From contig OX597819.1 of NCBI GenBank assembly GCA_951406725.2, forward strand, positions 8,494,001 to 8,558,000: a stretch of 64,000 nt of DNA, written 5' to 3'. Shown here in pieces: positions 55,127 to 64,000 of the stretch. The translations under genes and the position numbers were made by a program. The number at the start of each line of letters is the position of its first letter. Within the stretch, counting starts at the first letter, position 1. The notes beneath the pieces are model-generated. The model ran no database searches. It saw only the letters and a program-made list of their open reading frames with translations, and was not told where the DNA came from. This DNA comes from Octopus vulgaris (taxonomy: Eukaryota).

Positions 55127-55290
55127 GGCGCAGTCGTGGCTGGGCTGTAAGAAGCTTGCTTTCCAAGCATGGTGTCTTGGGTTCACGCCCACTTGATGAC
55201 ACGTTAGACAAGTGTCTTCCACTTATACTCTTGGACCGACTAATGCCTTGTGAGTGAATTTCGTAAGCGAAAACTGAAAGTAGCCCGTCA
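55127..55290 (+). mobile_element. SINE family A, 5' half (diverged)
   Basis: ggcgcagtcgtggc...gggttcacgcccac...caagtgtcttc...ccttgtgagtgaattt...aaactgaaag. Confidence 0.7.
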
Positions 55291-55377
55291 TATACATACA
55301 AGTACATAGATACATACACACACACACATATATTTATATGTATGCATATACACATACACACGCACACAAACAAATAC

Positions 55378-55441
<64 letters not shown>

Positions 55442-55503
55442 CCAATAATAAAAGGGTAAAATTAATTAATTATTAATTAATAATTTTACCAAGTAGTGTT
55501 ACC

Positions 55504-55540
<37 letters not shown>

Positions 55541-55542
<2 letters not shown>

Positions 55543-55696
55543 GGAGTAAACACATAAATGTGAAACAAGGTGGAAAAAAGAGTACTCAAATACCAGTGCT
55601 AGAGTAATATGCTTTATTTAAAGCAGCAGAAAATTCAACAAAACGTGAAACTCAGAGTAACAGGTTTTGTTGAATTTTCTGCTGCTTTAAATAAAG
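55541..55696 (-). mobile_element. Family H1 element, opposite orientation, both arms truncated (partial hammerhead only)
   Basis: Tail ccggagtaaacacataaatg...gtaatatg; arms 55612-55644 and 55664-55696; gtgaaactcagagtaacag retained; (TA)n both sides. Confidence 0.85.
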
Positions 55697-55772
<76 letters not shown>

Positions 55773-55774
55773 CA

Positions 55775-55807
<33 letters not shown>

Positions 55808-55983
55808 GAATATATACATATGTATAATCATACATACATGCATTCATAATTCCACAAACAGACACACTCTCATACGTGTGTATGCACATATGAATGAGCA
55901 TATGTCGGAATCTGAAGCTCAGCGCGGCCCCAGCTCAATGACTGAACTCAGTAACAGAATAAAAGGATACAGTAAACTTAGTA

Positions 55984-56358
55984 TGGAAGCACTCCGTCGG
56001 TTACGACGATGAGGGTTCCGGTTGATCCGATCAACGGAACAGCCTGCTCGTGAAATTAACGTGTAAGTGGCTGAGCACTCCACAGACACGTGTACCCTTA
56101 ACGTAGTTCTCGGGGATATTCAGCGTGACACAGAGAGTGACAAGGCCGGCCCCTTGAAATACAGGTACAACAGAAACAGGAAGTAAGAGTGAGAGAAAGT
56201 TGTGGTGAAAGAGTACAGCAGGGATCACCACCATCCCCTGCCGGAGCATCGTGGAGCTTTTTAGGTGTTTTCGCTCAATAAACACTCAGAACGCCCGGTC
56301 TGGGAATCGAAACTGCGATCCTATGACCGCAAGTCCGCTGCCCTAACCACTGGGCCAT
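55984..56358 (-). mobile_element. SINE family B, near full length
   Basis: Reverse complement of 12997-13384. Confidence 0.9.
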
Positions 56359-56902
56359 ATATAGTGTGAGTGAGGCAGTATATGTATATTCTTTAGCGTA
56401 ATTGTTATTTGTGTTCATGTATGAACCCGGGAGTGCAATTGTGTGTGTGAGAGAGAGTGAGAGTGAGAGAGAGAGAAAGAGAGAGAGAGAGAGAATGGGG
56501 AGTGAGAGGAGCACACAATTATGAATGAGTTTGTGCTTGTCTTTATGTAAGCATGTGTCTGCCTGCCTATCGTTATAGCTTATACTACGGAGGAAGGACA
56601 TTAAAATGCCTCGGGACTGACGACTGAATTATTGATACTTTATAAAACTTCGAAATTCCACCACTGAATTTATTTCATTCAATATCTCCAGTAAGGAAAG
56701 AGAGAAAGAGCGAGAGACAGAGAGAGAGGGGGGGAGAAGGGGAAAATAGTAAAATAGTATTTATTTTGTTTTTAGCTTTGTTGTCATTGTTATTAATAAG
56801 CTGATGTAGAAGTTTAACCACAGGTCTATCCGGATCGAGCAGGTCTATGATCAAAGGCATTCCATCTGTGAACGTATTTTAGTTTTGTGTATTATGTATA
56901 TT

Positions 56903-57131
56903 TCTTTACTACTCACAGGGGGCTAAACGCAGAGGGGGACAAACAAGGACAGACAAACGGATGAAGTCGATTATATCGACCCCAGTGCGAAACTGGTACT
57001 TTATTTATCGACCCCGAGAGGATGAAAGGCAAAGTCGACCTCGGCGGAATTTGAACTCAGAACGTAACGACAGACGAAATACGGCTACGCATTTCGCCCG
57101 GCGCGCTAACGATTCTGCCAGTTCGCCGCCT
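56903..57131 (-). mobile_element. SINE family C
   Basis: Reverse complement of the 48959 copy; flanking repeat tgtattatgta. Confidence 0.88.
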
Positions 57132-57890
57132 CTTTTTTGTATTATGTAGGACCACATGATACAACATCATTTCATTATTCTAGATAGCAGTGTGTAAAGA
57201 GTAGGGTGTTTATCCCATTGATTTCCCTGAACCTTCTTTTTTTTTATCTATAATTCTGTTACCTTCAGGGGTGACTCGCTGCCAACTGTGTCCCTTATCT
57301 TTTGGATATTTTGCATATTTCATAACAGTCGATCATAATACAGTGAAGCCATTTAATAAAACAAATAAGCTATAGAAACGTTGGACAAGATATTAGATCG
57401 TAGCCGGGCCAGCATTGTAAGAAGACGAATATTGCACGTCAACAACAACAACTACAAAAAACATTAACGGGAGAAAAAGCAGCAGAGACGTCGGCAGCAG
57501 TTGAAAAAGCAGGTACAGCAGCAATAACAACAGCAGCAGCATTAATAGCTGATAGAAATAATGAAACAAAAAGTAATCTTTTTCCGTATTTGCAATGGTG
57601 CAACAAGGAGACGCGTTAATTGGTGTAAATTGAATAAAACTTCTTTACTTTCAGTACAGTTTGTACAATAAGACGACTTTCGAAAGAGGAAGCAATACTC
57701 CAGTATAGCCCTAGGCAGGATAGACAAAAGTTAATTAAAAGCCAAGTATCAAGCATTTGGCGATATACATTACATTTACACACACACGCACACACACAAA
57801 TATATATATATATATATATATAGACACATATAATACATATATTTATATATATACATATATATATATATTTATCAATGTATATATATATAG

Positions 57891-57926
<36 letters not shown>

Positions 57927-58050
57927 CAATGTATATATATATATAAACATATATATATATTATATATATATATATACATTTATCAATGTATATATATATA
58001 TAGACACACACACACACACATATATATATATCAATGTATATATATATATA

Positions 58051-58115
<65 letters not shown>

Positions 58116-58976
58116 GTCTGTATATGTATATCACGTACACCGATCGCAGTCACGATTATGAAGAAAGATATTTCTAAGAGAGATGGTTTGTACATTTGTA
58201 TTATATTTCGAAAATGAATTCTGATATATTCGAACAAATGCGGAGGTTTTAAATTTCGACGAATTGAGAAACGAGATTTTATAACATTCATGCCTTTCTT
58301 AGTTTTTTCAGCATAGTCTTTTCGGAAATGAAGGGCGAAGCCAAACACGGTGGGATTTGAACTTCAATCTTTGACGTACATAACTAAATTCCACGGTGTA
58401 TTTTGAACCGTGTTCTAAATGGTCCGCTAATTCATTAGTAATATGGTTTCTAATTTAAGTACAAGAGTAGCAAAGTTAAGGGGAAGGAGTCAGTTGATAA
58501 TATCGGTATTCGTTCTTGATAGGTACTTAATTTCATCTGCATCGGGAGGAAGAAAGGTTTTGCTGACCTCGGTGGAATTTGAACTTGAAGAGCCGAGAAA
58601 AAAAATACTGCGAGGAATTTTGCTCGACGTTCTAACGAGTATGCCGCATTTCACTGAATTTTTATGAGAAGTATAACCAGTTCAATCAAGTTCAATATTT
58701 ACATATATGCGCACATACATATATTCATACATATATACACACACATATATGTGTGCGTATGTGTATGTATGAATGTATAAACACACATTCACATATATAC
58801 ATTCCTATATACACTTCAATATACATATAGATATATGTATATACATATAGATATTCACAAAAATACATATACAAGCATACACATACCCATTGATATAGAC
58901 AGACAAATACACTGATCAATCGATCGATCGATCGATAGATAGATAGATAAAAAGACAGACAAACGTACAGGCAGAC

Positions 58977-59041
<65 letters not shown>

Positions 59042-59348
59042 TCCATACAAACACATGCGCGCACTCACACCTCTTTCTGCTTCTTTCTTTCTCTCCCTGT
59101 CTCTCTCTGTCTCTCTGTCTCTCTCTCTCACACACACACACACTCACGCACACACACACACACACATACACACACATCGATAATGCTTATTTCATCGAAG
59201 CTGCGGAAATCCAGAGAGAACAAGGAAACTAATACAGAGATAAGCTCCGGCGATATCTCAGCTCATAAAACAATACTATGAGGATCGAAAGATTATAAAG
59301 ACCATTGTTTTATCATTTCCGACAACTTCTCAAACAAATTTCAATGAA

Positions 59349-59428
<80 letters not shown>

Positions 59429-59444
59429 TAATAATAATAATGAC

Positions 59445-59503
<59 letters not shown>

Positions 59504-59664
59504 CAATGATATAATCATTATAAGAAGGAAAGATTTGCAGAAATTGGAATGAAATCGGGTATGATATTGCAAGAAATTGCAATCCTGTCGAATTTAATAA
59601 TGTTACTATGTATCAAATGGTAGAGGGCACTTAGGGCCACCCTGTATATACACACACTCACACA

Positions 59665-59780
<116 letters not shown>

Positions 59781-59912
59781 CGCAGTCAAGTGACTGAAAC
59801 AAAATAAAAGATGAAAAGAATATATATATACTACATTATATATATATATATATATATATATACATACATACATATACATTATACGTGTGTGTGTGTGTGT
59901 ATATGTGGGTGT

Positions 59913-60003
59913 GTTATTTACAGTGACTTCGAGGTTTCAGCCAGGTTACCCATCATCAGATGATGGCTTTACTAGCAGAAAATTCGAAGTTACTGTCGAT
60001 AAC
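59913..60003. repeat. Diverged ~90-bp palindrome carrying a degenerate hammerhead core
   Basis: Centre catcagatg. Minus strand reads CUGAUGA-ugggua.ccuggcu-GAAA-CCUCGAAG-UC-actg; stem I is cut at the symmetry axis. Confidence 0.5.
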
Positions 60004-60157
60004 ATTTTTGCATAAGAATCATAAATCTGTTCTCTACAAAAGCATAGAAGTAACCCTTGAGATTAACGTCAGATTCTTTTTTATTATAATCGAACATAAA
60101 AACAGGCAATAATACATAGATACATACACACAATCATACACGCACACACAAATATGT

Positions 60158-60223
<66 letters not shown>

Positions 60224-60871
60224 TGTAAAATATCAGTGAAAAAAGTAACATATGTTAAAAGCAGAAGGACGAAAGAAAATATCTACTTACATTATCATTA
60301 TTATAATTTTATATCACATACATATTATATGTATGTATGTATATATGTATTTATATATATGTATATAAACATATATACACGATATTATGTTATATATTAT
60401 ATCGATTATATTATATATGTATGCAGTGTTGAGAAGATAACTACAGAGAGAAGTGAGTTCTAGTGAGACTGCAGTGTAGTGTTGCAGTTTAGTGAATGAT
60501 GAATGAATGGTTTAAAGAGTGATGCTGCTGGTGAGAGATCACGCTATGGTTTCATATACATATCTGTGTGTGCGTGTGTGCGCGTGCGTATATATGTGTG
60601 TGTGTGTGTGGATGTGTGTGTGTGTGTGTGTGCGTGTGTGTGTGTGTGTGTAAGCGCGCACAAAAGCGTATATGTAGTAAAACAGGTGAAGGAAATAGCA
60701 CTCGAATAACGAAAATTAGAGAAAAAAGGAGAGTAGTTGCTCTCCGTCTCGCCCAATGTACATACACATACACACTACTTACATTTATGAATATGCCAAA
60801 ATGTGTGCCTCGGGAGGAGTGTGTGTGTGTGTGTGTGTAGATCGTGTGACTGCGTTTTAGTATATATATGC

Positions 60872-60904
<33 letters not shown>

Positions 60905-60906
<2 letters not shown>

Positions 60907-61051
60907 CGTAGGATTGGTTGTGTGGAAAGACGTTTGCTTCCCATCTACGTGGTTCCGAGTTCAGTCCCTCTGCGCAGGCGCCTTCTACTATAGCCTCACG
61001 CCGACCAAAGCCTTGTGAGTATATTTGCTAAACGGGAACTGAATGAAACCC

Positions 61052-61093
<42 letters not shown>

Positions 61094-61292
61094 TATATAT
61101 ATATGTGTGTGTGTGTGTGTGTTCCCCCCACCACTGCTAGTAGATAATTGTTGTGTTCAAGACCTCCCAACTTAGCATTTCTGCAATAGAAACCGATGAA
61201 ATAAGTAGCGGGCTTACTAGAAGTCCTGAGGTCGATTTCATGCAAGGCGGTGCCCCAGCAGGGCCGCAGTCTAATGACTGAAACAAGTGAGA
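60905..61292 (+). mobile_element. SINE family A (diverged)
   Basis: ggcgtaggattggttgtgtgg...gagttcagtccc...ggccgcagtctaatgactgaaacaagt. Confidence 0.8.
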
Positions 61293-61293
61293 G

Positions 61294-61365
<72 letters not shown>

Positions 61366-61803
61366 CACACAGCATTGTCCTTTGCCTCGCTTAATTTCCT
61401 TATATCGTCTAAAACACTACATATTCATATTTGTTCTTTCTTTCCTTCATAGCTGCTCACTTTTCTCCTGCAGGCTGAAATAGCTCTTTAGTTTGTTTGT
61501 TTTTTTTGTTTGTTGGCTGGTTTTTAACGCCATTCGTCTTTTTTCTCCCTTTCATTTTCTTTTTCCTATGTTTCCCGTTCCTTTCTACTCCTTCTTTCTT
61601 CCTTGTCTTCCGACTCTTGGCGACACGAACAGAAGGAAAAAAATCTTGCAACTGTTGAGTTGGAGTTATTCAGTACGCGGCGCAAATGTGAACACATTAT
61701 GTCGCAATGGCTCGTGTGATTGCATGTGTCTATGAATACACGTATATGCGGGTCTCTCTAATTGCCTTGCGTATGCCTCTTCAGTGAGCATCTATGTGCG
61801 AAC

Positions 61804-61897
<94 letters not shown>

Positions 61898-62223
61898 GTA
61901 TATATATATATATATATACATCTGCATATACATATAGTCAAAGAAATATATATAAGCCAGGAGTTTCGTGAATTAGTACTTTGTTTAGTGCATCTGAACG
62001 AAACTCTCGGCCTTTAAGTATTAAATATTGTATACACACACACACACATACACACACACACACACACATATATTATATATATATATATGTGTGTGTGTGT
62101 ATGTATGTATGTATGTATGTAAATTTAAATTTAAATGTATTTCGTCACTGTATTTACTATGTATGTATGTATGTATGTATGTATATGTATATATATACCT
62201 ACATACATGCATAATACATACAT

Positions 62224-62265
<42 letters not shown>

Positions 62266-62407
62266 GGATACACTTTGTTACATATAGACTTCTGTGTGTG
62301 TGTGTGTTCATGTGTATGAGTGCAGTGACGAATTTATAGATTATGCTATTTTGTATGATCGATAACACTATAGCTCTCTCCCGAACTCCTTCTTCTCCCT
62401 CCGCCTT

Positions 62408-62439
<32 letters not shown>

Positions 62440-63053
62440 AGTCTCTATGTGCATGTATTTCCTTCTCGCTTTCTCAATCTCCCTACAGCGCCCCCTTATA
62501 TTCACCTTCTCAATGAATTTCGATCTTCTCCGTTTCCTTTCATTTAGTATCTATCGTTAATCGCTCACTTGTAAAACTTTTTCTTTTCCCGCATTTTTCT
62601 TTCCGTCTATATCCCCCCACCACCACCACCCCCTTCTCTCTCCGTTCTCTCTCTTCTTACACCCGACCATACGCACCCGCGCACACACGCTATTGATAAC
62701 AACTAAAGTATGCTTCTTTTTCATTCACTGAGGTGAATGTAGCTTTAACCAAGAGGAATTGATGTCATCAGACGGTAACCAGCGATCATCGGGTGCTTCG
62801 ACCCTGAACCGTGAAACCCTTTCATTGGTAGGTCAGTAGAGTAGGCCAAATCACTACTCATGTCCTTCTGGCTTATAGCTTAACTCCTCTCTCATGCCTC
62901 ATAACCAGCAAGACGCATTTTCCGCTGCCTCTCCCATCCTGTGCACCGGTCACCCTTCGCATTGTTTCTCTCTTTCTAATAGTTGTAAGCACTCTCCACA
63001 ACCGATTAGGCAGGGAATTCCCTACACACAACATTGGCTGGGAATAGCCATGA

Positions 63054-63174
<121 letters not shown>

Positions 63175-63182
63175 CGTCTGTC

Positions 63183-63318
<136 letters not shown>

Positions 63319-64000
63319 TATACAAACATATATATATATATATATACATATATAAATACATATATATATACACATATATACACATAAACACACACACACA
63401 CACATATATATATATATTCAAAATAAGCAACAAGGATATCTAAGGTAGTGCTTATTTTTATTATAATCACCCCATTTGATTTATATGGATAATACCATAC
63501 CAAATTCTGGTGCCTTTAACTTAAGTACCATATTCATCTGAATCTAAATTTTGATGAACTTATATATACATATATATATATACATATATGTTCATATTAT
63601 GTAGATAAGGTTATAATCCAATATGTGTCCTTTGGAAGCACGTCTGCTCATTCCAGTATTCCGAGTTGAATGTAGATTTTATATTTGTGTGAGATATTCA
63701 TAAGAGTTGAAAAGTACTGGAAAATATTTTTTACTTAAACAGAAGATTAGAAAAAATTGCTATTTCTTATTCACCATTACACGTGTTTCATTTGCTAATA
63801 GGAGTTATAAAATTGTACATATATAAGAGAAATATATAAGATATCTTCTATTAGAAATTCTTCAGGTAGAGAATCATATAGAGAATCAAATAATAGGTAT
63901 TATTTGATTCTCTGAAGATTTTGTAATAGATATCTTTTATGTTTATAACTTTATAACCAGCTGATCTAGCAAGCGGGGCTTCATATCAGTGAGGGGGCCG

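Noticed and set aside
59628-59646. Single Tc1/mariner-like TIR (tacagggtggccctaagtg on the minus strand)
   Set aside because: No matching second TIR found, so no element could be delimited.
62700-62790. Minus-strand CUGAUGA with nearby cattcac/gtgaatg hairpin
   Set aside because: Spacing and stems do not fit a hammerhead topology.

Overview
AT-rich, microsatellite-saturated eukaryotic non-coding DNA. The tRNA-derived SINE repertoire and the (TA)n/(TATG)n/(TAGA)n/(AAT)n density suggest an octopus (coleoid cephalopod) genome; this is an inference. No intact host protein gene is evident, and almost all listed ORFs are microsatellite or SINE translation artefacts. Real coding remnants are all transposon-derived: a Penelope-like element (RT C-terminus, Cys-rich linker, GIY-YIG) at 1-654, a mariner 5' fragment, two nested CR1-group LINE 3' ends, and a probable L1/Tx1 3' end. 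There is also a non-autonomous Helitron, a Tc1/mariner MITE and about 30 SINE copies or fragments from 3-4 modular families, several with clear TSDs. The most notable signal is a set of short (150-400 bp) non-coding elements embedded in TA-rich microsatellites. Most are built as inverted repeats, and they carry minimal type I hammerhead ribozyme motifs with palindromic stem III. At least two multi-copy families are present (24201/38713/55541 and 10264/28381/46680), plus variant or degenerate motifs (9637, 59913). They look like a non-autonomous Penelope pLTR/retrozyme-like system that targets microsatellites. All structures were read by eye, with no folding or database searches run.
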